Source: Bacteroidaceae bacterium
Lineage (GTDB): Bacteria > Bacteroidota > Bacteroidia > Bacteroidales > Bacteroidaceae
Assembly (NCBI GenBank): GCA_036846645.1
Contig: DAIUBN010000001.1
Coordinates: 1-52,101 of the forward strand
Reading direction: 5' to 3'
Length of the DNA: 52,101 nt
The notes under the pieces are model-generated. The model did not search any database. It was not told the origin of the DNA and saw only the letters and a program-made list of their open reading frames with translations. How positions within the stretch are numbered: the stretch's first letter is position 1; each line of letters opens with the position of its first letter. Position numbers and translations under genes: made by a program. Positions 44,423 through 52,101 of this stretch are shown here, piece by piece.

Positions 44423-45880
44423 ATGAAAGAAACCGATTTAAAACCGGAAGGCATCTTTCATTATTTTCATGAAATATGCCAAGTACCTCGCCCTTCGAAG
44501 CACGAAGAGCAAATTGTTGCTTACATGAAAGCATTTGGTGAAAAACATCATTTCGAGACGAAAGTCGACAAGGCAGGCAACGTAGTAATTAAAAAACCGG
44601 CAACCCCGGGTAAAGAAAATCTGAAGACAGTGGTTCTGCAAGGGCACATGGATATGGTGTGCGAGAAGAATAGCAATATTCAGCATGACTTTATGAAAGA
44701 CCCCATACAGACTGAGGTGGATGGAGATTGGCTCAGAGCCAAAGGTACGACGCTCGGTGCTGACGATGGTATCGGACTTGCTGCCGGATTGGCTATATTG
44801 GCCGATGACACCATCGAACATGGTCCGATAGAATGTTTGTTCACCGTAGATGAGGAAACTCAGCTTACTGGTGCTACAGCCCTTCAAGAGGGTTTCATGA
44901 ACGGCGATATCCTTATCAATCTCGACTCTGAGGATGATGGACAGTTGTTCATTGGTTGCGCAGGCGGTATCAACACCGAAGGTACTCTCAAGTATCACGA
45001 GATTGATGCACCGAAAGATTACTATTTCTTCAAAGTACATGTATCTGGTCTAGTTGGTGGTCACTCTGGTGATGATATCAACAAGAACCGTGCTTGTGCC
45101 AACAAAGTCCTCACTCGCTTCCTTTATAACGAAGGAAAGAAGATGGATGCTTATCTATGCGCTATCGACGGCGGTAACTTGCACAATGCCATTGCTCGCG
45201 AAGCATACGCTATCTGTGCAGTGCCCGAAGAGAAGAAACACGAAGTTCGCGCCGACCTCAATGTATTTATCTCTGAAATAGAAGACGAGTACAATGTAAC
45301 AGAGCCCAACTTCAAGATGACACTCGAAACTGTTGACGCTCAGCCTAAAGCTATCGATAAAGATAGTGCCGACCGCCTGATCAAGATGCTTTATGCAATG
45401 CCTCACGGAGTATTCGCAATGAGTCAGGAGATTCCTGGATTCGTACAGACATCTACCAACCTTGCATCTGTAAAGATGAAAGAAGGTAATGTTATCGAGA
45501 TTGTAACAAGCCAGCGCAGCGATATTCTTTCGTCACGCAACGACTTGGCCAACATGGTAGAAATCGTTATGACAATGGGTGGCGCAACAGCCAAACACAA
45601 TGACGGTTACCCAGGATGGAAGCCCAACACACATTCGGAGATTCTGAATATCACTGTCGATTCTTACAAACGTCTGTTCAACGAAGAACCGATTGTACGC
45701 AGTATCCATGCCGGACTGGAGTGCGGACTCTTCTTGACAAAGTATCCTAAGCTCGACATGATTTCGTTCGGACCTCAATTGGTTGGTGTTCACTCACCAG
45801 ATGAACGTCTGCTTATTCCTACAGTAGATAAGTTCTGGAAACTGCTTCTCGATATTCTGAAGAATATTCCTGAGAAATAA
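44423..45880 (+). CDS. pepD: aminoacyl-histidine dipeptidase (M20 family)
   Basis: I set the start at the ATG at 44423 (MKETDLKPEGIFHYFHEICQVPRPS). The motifs GHMDMV, GADDGIG and TVDEE are present. The upstream ORF-track extension is not PepD-like. Confidence 0.9.
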   Translation: MKETDLKPEGIFHYFHEICQVPRPSKHEEQIVAYMKAFGEKHHFETKVDKAGNVVIKKPATPGKENLKTVVLQGHMDMVCEKNSNIQHDFMKDPIQTEVDGDWLRAKGTTLGADDGIGLAAGLAILADDTIEHGPIECLFTVDEETQLTGATALQEGFMNGDILINLDSEDDGQLFIGCAGGINTEGTLKYHEIDAPKDYYFFKVHVSGLVGGHSGDDINKNRACANKVLTRFLYNEGKKMDAYLCAIDGGNLHNAIAREAYAICAVPEEKKHEVRADLNVFISEIEDEYNVTEPNFKMTLETVDAQPKAIDKDSADRLIKMLYAMPHGVFAMSQEIPGFVQTSTNLASVKMKEGNVIEIVTSQRSDILSSRNDLANMVEIVMTMGGATAKHNDGYPGWKPNTHSEILNITVDSYKRLFNEEPIVRSIHAGLECGLFLTKYPKLDMISFGPQLVGVHSPDERLLIPTVDKFWKLLLDILKNIPEK

Positions 45881-45887
45881 TGATTAT

Positions 45888-45927
45888 TATTGGCTGCCTA
45901 CACAATGTTGGCAGCCAATATTGTTTA
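45888..45927 (+). terminator. terminator hairpin after pepD
   Basis: tattggctgcc / ggcagccaata forms an 11-bp perfect stem with an 11-nt loop, followed by TTGTTTAT. Confidence 0.6.
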
Positions 45928-45947
45928 TAATCGAACCTTAAACCCCT

Positions 45948-46982
45948 ATGAAATCACTATTCCTTCTTATTCTGTTGTGCCCGCTGACGATGTGCGCACA
46001 ATCCAACGACACCATATCTATTATGGAGTGGAATGTGGAGAATCTTTTCGATTGCCGACACGATACACTCAAGAACGATTATGAATTTCTGCCCAAAGGC
46101 ACAAGGTATTGGAACTATTACCGATATCATCAAAAACTTGATAAAATAGCCAAAACGATTGTCGCAGCAACAGGCAATTGGAATCCACCTGTCTTGATTG
46201 GTCTTTGCGAAGTAGAAAACGACAGTGCAATGATAGCGCTAACCAGATATTCGGCTCTTCGAGAATGCGGATATCGGTATGTGATGACTCACTCTCCCGA
46301 TACTCGTGGTATTGATGTAGCGCTGCTCTATCAACGAGACAGATTCAAACTGATAAGTTACGATTCAATACGCATCGAACCCCCAAAAGGATTTCGTGCT
46401 ACGAGAGACATACTGCATGTGACGGGACTCGTTACAACAACCGATACACTCGACTTGTTCATTGTACATGCACCATCGAGAAGCGGTGGAGAGATAGCCT
46501 CACTACCCTACCGATTGCATTGTATTGGGGCATTGATGAAAGGAATAGAACAACTCAGACAGGTAAGAAAAGAACCGAAAATTATCATTATGGGCGACTT
46601 TAATGATTTCCCCGAAAGTCCATCCATAAGAGATGTGATGAATGCACTTCCACCCGATGCGAATATCAAAAATGATAAACTTTATCACCTGCTAGCCCGA
46701 CAATCGAAATTAAATAACACAGGTACCTACAAATATCAAGGAGAATGGAATCTGCTCGACCATTTTATGGTATCGGGAACATTGCTCAACACTCAGAAAG
46801 CAATCTATACAAGCGAACAAATGGCCAAGATACTGCATCTACCATTTCTTTTGGTAGAAGATAAAGCCTATGGCGGCATTCGACCATTTAGAACTTACTA
46901 CGGGATGAAATACGAAAACGGCTTTAGTGATCATCTGCCTATATTGATGCAGATAGTCATTAAAGCCGATAATAACAATTAA
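45948..46982 (+). CDS. endonuclease/exonuclease/phosphatase (EEP) family protein, secreted
   Basis: 344-aa ORF with a signal peptide (MKSLFLLILLCPLTMCAQS) and EEP motifs (IMEWNVENLF, GLCEVEN, MGDFND, SDHLP). Confidence 0.8.
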   Translation: MKSLFLLILLCPLTMCAQSNDTISIMEWNVENLFDCRHDTLKNDYEFLPKGTRYWNYYRYHQKLDKIAKTIVAATGNWNPPVLIGLCEVENDSAMIALTRYSALRECGYRYVMTHSPDTRGIDVALLYQRDRFKLISYDSIRIEPPKGFRATRDILHVTGLVTTTDTLDLFIVHAPSRSGGEIASLPYRLHCIGALMKGIEQLRQVRKEPKIIIMGDFNDFPESPSIRDVMNALPPDANIKNDKLYHLLARQSKLNNTGTYKYQGEWNLLDHFMVSGTLLNTQKAIYTSEQMAKILHLPFLLVEDKAYGGIRPFRTYYGMKYENGFSDHLPILMQIVIKADNNN

Positions 46983-46992
46983 GCTAATTAGA

Positions 46993-48774
46993 TTAATCGA
47001 GTTTCAGTACTGCCAAGAAAGCCTTTTGCGGTACTTGTACACTACCAATCTGTTTCATACGTTTCTTACCCTTCTTCTGTTTCTCGAGCAACTTACGTTT
47101 ACGGCTCACGTCACCACCATAACATTTGGCAGTCACATCCTTACGAACCTGCTGAACAGTCTCTCGGGCTATAATCTTTGCACCGATAGCAGCCTGAATG
47201 GCAATATCGAATTGCTGACGTGGTATCAGTTCTTTCAGTTTCTCGCACATCCTTCTACCTAAAGAATAGGCATTGTCGACATGAGTAAGACAAGACAGCG
47301 CATCCACCTGCTCACCATTCAACAAAATATCGAGTTTCACCAATTTAGAAGGTTTGAAACCATTGGCATGATAGTCGAACGAAGCATATCCTTTCGAAAT
47401 ACTCTTCAGCTTATCATAAAAATCGATGACAATTTCGCCCAATGGCATATTATAGTAAAGCTCTACTCGATTACCGCTAATATACTCTTGTTTAATGAGT
47501 TCGCCTCGTTTACTTAGACAAAGAGTCATTATCGGCCCGATGAAATCGGTAGTGGTAATGATAGACGCTCTGATAAATGGTTCTTCGATATGATCGATGT
47601 AAGTTGGATCGGGCATTCCACCAGGATTGTGCACTTCTGTCATCTCTCCATGCTTATCGTAAATGTTGTAAGATACGTTGGGCACTGTAGTGATAACATC
47701 CATATTGAACTCTCTGTCCAGACGTTCTTGAACAATCTCCATGTGGAGCAATCCTAAGAATCCGCAACGAAATCCAAAGCCAAGAGCTACAGATGATTCG
47801 GGCGTGAAAGTAAGAGAGGCATCATTGAGTTGCAACTTCTCGAGTGAAGCACGAAGGTTTTCAAAGTCTTCGGGAGCAATGGGATACACACCGGCAAACA
47901 CCATTGGCTTGACTTCCTCGAATCCCCTGATTGCTTCTTTGCAAGGACGTTCTACATGAGTAATGGTATCACCAACCTTTACTTCTGTCGAGGTTTTGAT
48001 ACCCGATATGATATAACCTACCTCGCCTGTACTCAATTCTTTGCGAGGCACTAAATCCATTTTAAGAACACCGATTTCATCGGCATCATATTCGCAATTG
48101 GTATTGAAGAACTTCACTTGGTCGTGCGAATGAATCACACCATTTTCTACTTTAAAGTAGGCGATGATACCACGGAAAGGATTGAAAACAGAGTCGAATA
48201 TCAATGCCTGCAGTGGCGCATTCTCATCTCCTTCGGGATGTGGAACACGTTCGACGATAGCATTAAGTATCTCTTCTACTCCCAGTCCGGTTCGAGCCGA
48301 GGCACGAATCACATCTTCGGGCTTGCAACCCAGCAGGTCTACAATCTCATCTTCTACCATATCTGGATTGGCACTATCCATATCACACTTATTGATGACC
48401 GGAATAATCTCCAAATCGTGCTCGATAGCCATATAAAGATTCGAAATAGTCTGAGCCTGCACACCTTGAGAAGCATCTACAACAAGCAGAGCTCCCTCAC
48501 AAGCTGCAATAGAACGAGACACTTCGTAAGAGAAATCGACATGCCCCGGGGTATCAATAAGATTCAATATATAAGTCTCGCCTTTATACTGATATTCCAT
48601 CTGGATAGCATGACTCTTGATTGTGATACCACGTTCACGTTCCAGATCCATATCGTCGAGCATCTGTCCTTCGGTTATCTCTATAGTCTTGGTATATTCA
48701 AGTAGGCGGTCGGCAAGTGTCGACTTGCCGTGATCAATATGTGCAATAATACAAAAGTTGCGTATATTCTTCAT
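46993..48774 (-). CDS. lepA: translation elongation factor 4
   Basis: I set the start at the ATG at 48774 ([19 protein letters not shown]). The G-motifs DTPGH and NKCD and the LepA-specific C-terminal domain are present. A TATCTTTG box lies 24 nt upstream. Confidence 0.95.
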   Translation of the reverse strand: MKNIRNFCIIAHIDHGKSTLADRLLEYTKTIEITEGQMLDDMDLERERGITIKSHAIQMEYQYKGETYILNLIDTPGHVDFSYEVSRSIAACEGALLVVDASQGVQAQTISNLYMAIEHDLEIIPVINKCDMDSANPDMVEDEIVDLLGCKPEDVIRASARTGLGVEEILNAIVERVPHPEGDENAPLQALIFDSVFNPFRGIIAYFKVENGVIHSHDQVKFFNTNCEYDADEIGVLKMDLVPRKELSTGEVGYIISGIKTSTEVKVGDTITHVERPCKEAIRGFEEVKPMVFAGVYPIAPEDFENLRASLEKLQLNDASLTFTPESSVALGFGFRCGFLGLLHMEIVQERLDREFNMDVITTVPNVSYNIYDKHGEMTEVHNPGGMPDPTYIDHIEEPFIRASIITTTDFIGPIMTLCLSKRGELIKQEYISGNRVELYYNMPLGEIVIDFYDKLKSISKGYASFDYHANGFKPSKLVKLDILLNGEQVDALSCLTHVDNAYSLGRRMCEKLKELIPRQQFDIAIQAAIGAKIIARETVQQVRKDVTAKCYGGDVSRKRKLLEKQKKGKKRMKQIGSVQVPQKAFLAVLKLD

Positions 48775-48797
48775 TCTATGTACACTAAATTTGGATG

Positions 48798-48805
48798 CAA
48801 AGATA
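48798..48805 (-). promoter_or_regulatory. -7 box TATCTTTG (lepA)
   Basis: Exact TAnnTTTG on the minus strand, 24 nt upstream of the ATG at 48774. It lies inside the ORF-track N-terminal extension, which supports the shorter lepA. Confidence 0.5.
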
Positions 48806-48904
48806 GTGCAAAGTGAAGACAATAGAAAACAATTTCATTTGTTTTTAATCAATAGAACACAGCAACAACGCAACAATCTATATGATGCAACCATTCGACA
48901 TGCA

Positions 48905-48951
48905 GAAACAAAAAATGCGCTGGTAAAGAATGAACTTACCAACGCATTTTT
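48905..48951 (-). terminator. intrinsic terminator after the small winged-helix gene
   Basis: The 16-bp inverted repeat (aaaaatgcgctggtaa / ttaccaacgcattttt) has a single mismatch that becomes a G-U pair only in the minus-strand RNA. A U-rich tail follows on the minus strand. Confidence 0.6.
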
Positions 48952-48968
48952 GTAAGAGTATTAATCGC

Positions 48969-49172
48969 TTAGACCAATTTGATGAAAACATCAGCTCCCT
49001 GCTCTTCTGCAGAAACTTTGTCTTCTCTCAGTAACCAACCTAAACCTAAATAAAGATCTTTTTCAGATTTTAATTTCAAAGCTTTCTTAAGCTCTTTAGC
49101 CGTCATGCCTTCCGTTCCATTAAGAGCGTTCCAGATTGCTCCAGCTAACTCTCCTGCTTTAACTTTCAACAT
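48969..49172 (-). CDS. small winged-helix domain protein (DUF2582-like)
   Basis: 67-aa ORF (GAIWNALNGTEGMTAKELKKALKL...GLGWLLREDKV) with its own TATCTTTG box and a downstream terminator hairpin. The family name is from memory. Confidence 0.6.
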   Translation of the reverse strand: MLKVKAGELAGAIWNALNGTEGMTAKELKKALKLKSEKDLYLGLGWLLREDKVSAEEQGADVFIKLV

Positions 49173-49238
49173 TTTTTCTTAATTTTTTAATGTTAGACGT
49201 TTTATAATTCTCTAATCTTCATAAGATTAATTTCGGTG

Positions 49239-49246
49239 CAAAGATA
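49239..49246 (-). promoter_or_regulatory. -7 box TATCTTTG (small winged-helix gene)
   Basis: Exact TAnnTTTG on the minus strand, 67 nt upstream of the ATG at 49172. Confidence 0.4.
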
Positions 49247-49319
49247 ATATATTTATATGTTTTACAACACTTTTTCTAAATATATTTTACTGACGGACCA
49301 AAAAAAGATACTTAATGGA

Positions 49320-49805
49320 CTATTTTATCGAATTTTTATCCAAATATTCGGCCCAAATTCGTGCAGCTTGTTCAATTAATCGTGGACAAGGACGTTTTTT
49401 GTAATATTCGGCAGTTCGCTCGGCAGGTACAGAACTAATACTGCTTTTATCTATCTGAACCTCATCATTCTTTTTAAGACCAAGCAATACGCCGCAACAT
49501 ATCGAACCATTTTCTTTCTTCAATCGTGCTGCGAGTTCCTGAACCAAGGCATAATTCTCGGCTTTGCTCTGCTGATCAGAACCCACTGTAGCACAATGTT
49601 GCAATCCGGCCAACATAAACAATCCACAGGCTGCGCCACAAGTCTCGCGCATTCTGCCAATACCTCCACCAAACGAAGCAGCCATGTGGAATGCCTGTTC
49701 CTGAGTGAAACCATATAAATCAGCAAAGGCTGCAACTACGCTTTGAGAGCAGTTGTAGCCTTGTTTAAATAGTTCGACTGCACGAGTCACTCTATCTTCA
49801 TACAT
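49320..49805 (-). CDS. C_GCAxxG_C_C family (putative redox-active) protein
   Basis: 161-aa ORF with CSQSV, ETCGAACG, CCG and a C-terminal CP matching the family's Cys pattern. It begins 19 nt after the proS stop. Confidence 0.7.
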   Translation of the reverse strand: MYEDRVTRAVELFKQGYNCSQSVVAAFADLYGFTQEQAFHMAASFGGGIGRMRETCGAACGLFMLAGLQHCATVGSDQQSKAENYALVQELAARLKKENGSICCGVLLGLKKNDEVQIDKSSISSVPAERTAEYYKKRPCPRLIEQAARIWAEYLDKNSIK

Positions 49806-49824
49806 GCTTTACTAAATTTAGTGA

Positions 49825-51306
49825 TTAGTAGGCACGTGCAAAGATTACTCTGCGTGCAGAAGGTTTGCCTGTTACCATATCAACACCCGGAGTCTGATCT
49901 CCATCAAACGGGATGCAACGAATGGTGGCCTTGGTATCTTCTTTTATCTTCTCTTCAGTCTCGGTAGTACCATCCCAATGACAAAGCAAGAAACCACCGT
50001 CTTCTATCTTCTCTTTGAACTCATCGTAGCTGTTCACTTCGATAGTTCTTGACAAACGATAGTCGAGCGCTTTCTTATGTATATTGTTCTGAATGTCGTC
50101 TAGCAGATTCTTCACATAATCCACAATACCATCGAGTGATACCGTCTCTTTCTCGAGCGTATCTCTTCTCATCACCTCTACTGTATTGTTTTCCAAGTCT
50201 CTTGCACCCAATACCAAACGAACAGGTACACCTTTCAACTCGTAATCTGCAAATTTGAATCCCGGACGTTTATTGTCCGCATCGTCGTATTTAACAGATA
50301 CGCCAAGTTTCTTCAAACCATCAACAATACCAGCAACCTTATCGCTGATTTCTTTGAGTTGTTCTTCTTTCTTATAGATAGGAACGATAACAACTTGAAT
50401 CGGAGCCAATTTTGGAGGCAATACCAAACCATTATCATCGCTATGAGTCATAATCAAAGCACCCATCAAACGAGTGGATACACCCCAAGAAGTTGCCCAA
50501 ACATAATCTAGCTTGTTTTCTTTATCTATAAACTGAACATCGAACGCCTTGGCGAAGTTCTGACCCAGGAAGTGAGATGTACCGCATTGCAAAGCTTTAC
50601 CATCTTGCATCATACCTTCTATAGTATAGGTATTCAATGCACCGGCAAAACGTTCGTTGGCACTCTTCACACCTTTTACAACTGGCACAGCCATATATTT
50701 CTCGGCAAAGTCGGCATATACATTAAGCATTCTTACAGCTTCTTCTTCGGCCTCCTTGCTGGTTGCATGAGCTGTATGTCCTTCTTGCCACAAGAACTCG
50801 GCAGTACGAAGGAACAAACGAGTACGCATCTCCCAACGAAATACATTGGCCCACTGATTGATGAGCAAAGGCAGATCGCGATAAGAATGAATCCAGTTCT
50901 TATAAGTGTTCCAGATAATGGTTTCTGATGTCGGGCGAATAATGAGTTCTTCTTCCAACTTGGCAGCGGGATCTACAACAACGCTACCGCCATCGTCCGA
51001 ACTTTTCAGTCTATAGTGTGTCACAACAGCACACTCTTTAGCAAAACCTTTTACGTGTTCTGCTTCACGACTCAAGAACGATTTTGGGATTAGCAATGGG
51101 AAATATGCATTCTGTACACCTGTCTCTTTAAACATGTCGTCGAGCTGACGTTGCATTTTCTCCCAGATAGCATATCCGTATGGCTTGATGACCATACAAC
51201 CGCGCACTGCACTTTGTTCGGCCAAATCGGCCTTTACTACCAACTCATTATACCACTGTGAATAGTTGTCTGCACGTTTTGTCAGACCTTTTAATTCTAC
51301 TGCCAT
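49825..51306 (-). CDS. proS: proline--tRNA ligase (archaeal/eukaryote-like type)
   Basis: 493-aa class II aaRS with [23 protein letters not shown] and [10 protein letters not shown], an anticodon-binding domain and a C-terminal ...ARAY. Confidence 0.95.
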   Translation of the reverse strand: MAVELKGLTKRADNYSQWYNELVVKADLAEQSAVRGCMVIKPYGYAIWEKMQRQLDDMFKETGVQNAYFPLLIPKSFLSREAEHVKGFAKECAVVTHYRLKSSDDGGSVVVDPAAKLEEELIIRPTSETIIWNTYKNWIHSYRDLPLLINQWANVFRWEMRTRLFLRTAEFLWQEGHTAHATSKEAEEEAVRMLNVYADFAEKYMAVPVVKGVKSANERFAGALNTYTIEGMMQDGKALQCGTSHFLGQNFAKAFDVQFIDKENKLDYVWATSWGVSTRLMGALIMTHSDDNGLVLPPKLAPIQVVIVPIYKKEEQLKEISDKVAGIVDGLKKLGVSVKYDDADNKRPGFKFADYELKGVPVRLVLGARDLENNTVEVMRRDTLEKETVSLDGIVDYVKNLLDDIQNNIHKKALDYRLSRTIEVNSYDEFKEKIEDGGFLLCHWDGTTETEEKIKEDTKATIRCIPFDGDQTPGVDMVTGKPSARRVIFARAY

Positions 51307-51348
51307 TATATTTAATTCAGTTATTTATTATTTCCTTTAATTGGAGCA

Positions 51349-51356
51349 CAAAATTA
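51349..51356 (-). promoter_or_regulatory. -7 box TAATTTTG (proS-C_GCAxxG_C_C)
   Basis: Exact TAnnTTTG on the minus strand, 43 nt upstream of the ATG at 51306. Confidence 0.45.
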
Positions 51357-51382
51357 ATAATTTTTTTAGTAACAAACACTAT

Positions 51383-52101
51383 TTAGTGTGCTATTTGATT
51401 ATTCTCTAGTGTTTTGAACTTCCTGAACTGCAGATAAAGCATCGTTCCCGACGTTACAGTCGAAAGTAAATCACTGAATGGCATACTCCACCAGATACCT
51501 TCCAATTGCCAGAATAGAGGCATGATAAGAATAGCCGGAATCAGAAAGATAATCTGTCTCGTCATCGACAAGAAGATGGCTTTCTTGGCCATGCCTATAC
51601 TTTGAAAGAAGTTGGCTATCACCATTTGGAAACCGATAATCGGGAATGTGACACATACGATGCGCAATCCTTCTACCGATTGACGAATCAATTCTTTATC
51701 GCTAGTAAACGCATAGACAATCGCTTCGGGAAAGAGTTCGGCTATCACAAATCCGAGCGTGGTAACAATGGTTGCCCATATCGATGTCAGCTTCAACACC
51801 TGATTGACACGTCCATACTGTTTGGCACCGAAATTATATCCCGCTATAGGTTGCATACCTTGGTTGAATCCCAACACAATCATCACAAACACAAAGACAT
51901 AACGATTGACGATACCAAACGCTCCGATAGCCATATCACCACCAAACTTATTGAGGCCTTTATTGATTAATATCACGATAAGACAAGATCCTAAATTCAT
52001 TAAGAACGGCGACATACCTATCGACATGATATCTTTCACGATAATAGACCGCAGCCTCATAGCTGATTGCTTGATATGAAGAAAGTTCTTTGAATTACTG
52101 A
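51383..52101 (-). CDS. MATE family efflux transporter (partial; N-terminus beyond the right edge)
   Basis: The frame stays open upstream of the ORF-track Met to the window end (..SNSKNFLHIKQSAMRLRSIIVKDI). The six-TM C-terminal half has MATE-like loops (FNQGMQPIAGYNFGA). Confidence 0.8.
   Translation of the reverse strand, partial: SNSKNFLHIKQSAMRLRSIIVKDIMSIGMSPFLMNLGSCLIVILINKGLNKFGGDMAIGAFGIVNRYVFVFVMIVLGFNQGMQPIAGYNFGAKQYGRVNQVLKLTSIWATIVTTLGFVIAELFPEAIVYAFTSDKELIRQSVEGLRIVCVTFPIIGFQMVIANFFQSIGMAKKAIFLSMTRQIIFLIPAILIMPLFWQLEGIWWSMPFSDLLSTVTSGTMLYLQFRKFKTLENNQIAH

Noticed and set aside
44438-45040. 200-aa minus-strand ORF inside pepD.
   Set aside because: It is an antisense shadow of a strongly supported M20 dipeptidase, and its sequence is low-complexity and hydrophobic.
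45890-46084. 64-aa plus-strand ORF between pepD and the EEP gene.
   Set aside because: Its start sits in the pepD terminator hairpin, and it overlaps out of frame the signal-peptide-bearing start of the EEP gene at 45948.
48118-48705. 195-aa plus-strand ORF (plus the 90-aa ORF at 48164-48436) inside lepA.
   Set aside because: It is antisense to the highly conserved GTPase domain of LepA. The same reasoning applies to the other long shadow ORFs: 8002-8418, 10613-11062, 16225-16593, 27822-28244, 30220-30666, 32521-32970 and 33926-34324.
1-52101. Window-wide scan by eye for CRISPR arrays, tRNA/rRNA genes, transposases, integrases, phage genes, toxin-antitoxin pairs, and flanking direct or inverted repeats of islands.
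   Set aside because: I found none. Apart from the 21-bp array at 43149-43232, the only recurring sequence is the promoter consensus (TATCTTTGCA and variants). A manual scan cannot exclude small or degenerate elements. tRNAscan-SE, Infernal and ISfinder searches would settle it.

Overview
This 52.1-kb window looks like ordinary chromosome from a Bacteroidales bacterium (Bacteroides/Prevotella-like). The evidence is AT-rich DNA, roughly 40% GC by eye, and a Bacteroidetes-type TAnnTTTG -7 box 20-60 nt upstream of most first-in-operon genes. Secreted glycoside hydrolases with signal peptides are also typical of the group.

I support 44 protein-coding genes. Two are cut by the window edges. One of these, cydA at the left edge, is missing from the supplied ORF track because it has no in-window stop.

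Content is mostly core metabolism:
- map, a GNAT and an AddB-like nuclease
- a sialidase/GH20 hexosaminidase pair
- a ten-gene same-strand array: hisH-hisA-hisF-hisIE-ftsE-lysC-lysA-lipoprotein-murB-MBL hydrolase
- wecB-rarA
- a fucose-flavoured trio: RhaM-family mutarotase, a soluble hybrid histidine kinase and a GH29 fucosidase
- mdh and an ABC-F ATPase
- crcB-DUF190-ybaK
- peptide-scavenging genes: a POT transporter, a zinc metalloprotease and pepD
- lepA, proS and a MATE transporter

I found no rRNA, tRNA, CRISPR array, transposase, integrase or phage gene.

I do not see a convincing multi-gene novel system. The most unusual loci are:
1. A terminator-insulated, AT-richer single-gene module. 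It encodes an orphan classic-clade AAA+ ATPase with an uncharacterised ~330-aa N-terminal region. Upstream sit four phased 21-bp tandem repeats carrying GATC-centred palindromes.
2. A 624-bp divergent intergenic region (hisH/wecB) with its own promoter box and a strong intrinsic terminator, so a candidate ~200-nt sRNA.
3. A sugar-isomerase-like gene paired with a PHP phosphatase, function unclear.

All functional calls come from reading the translations and motifs by eye. No database search was run.
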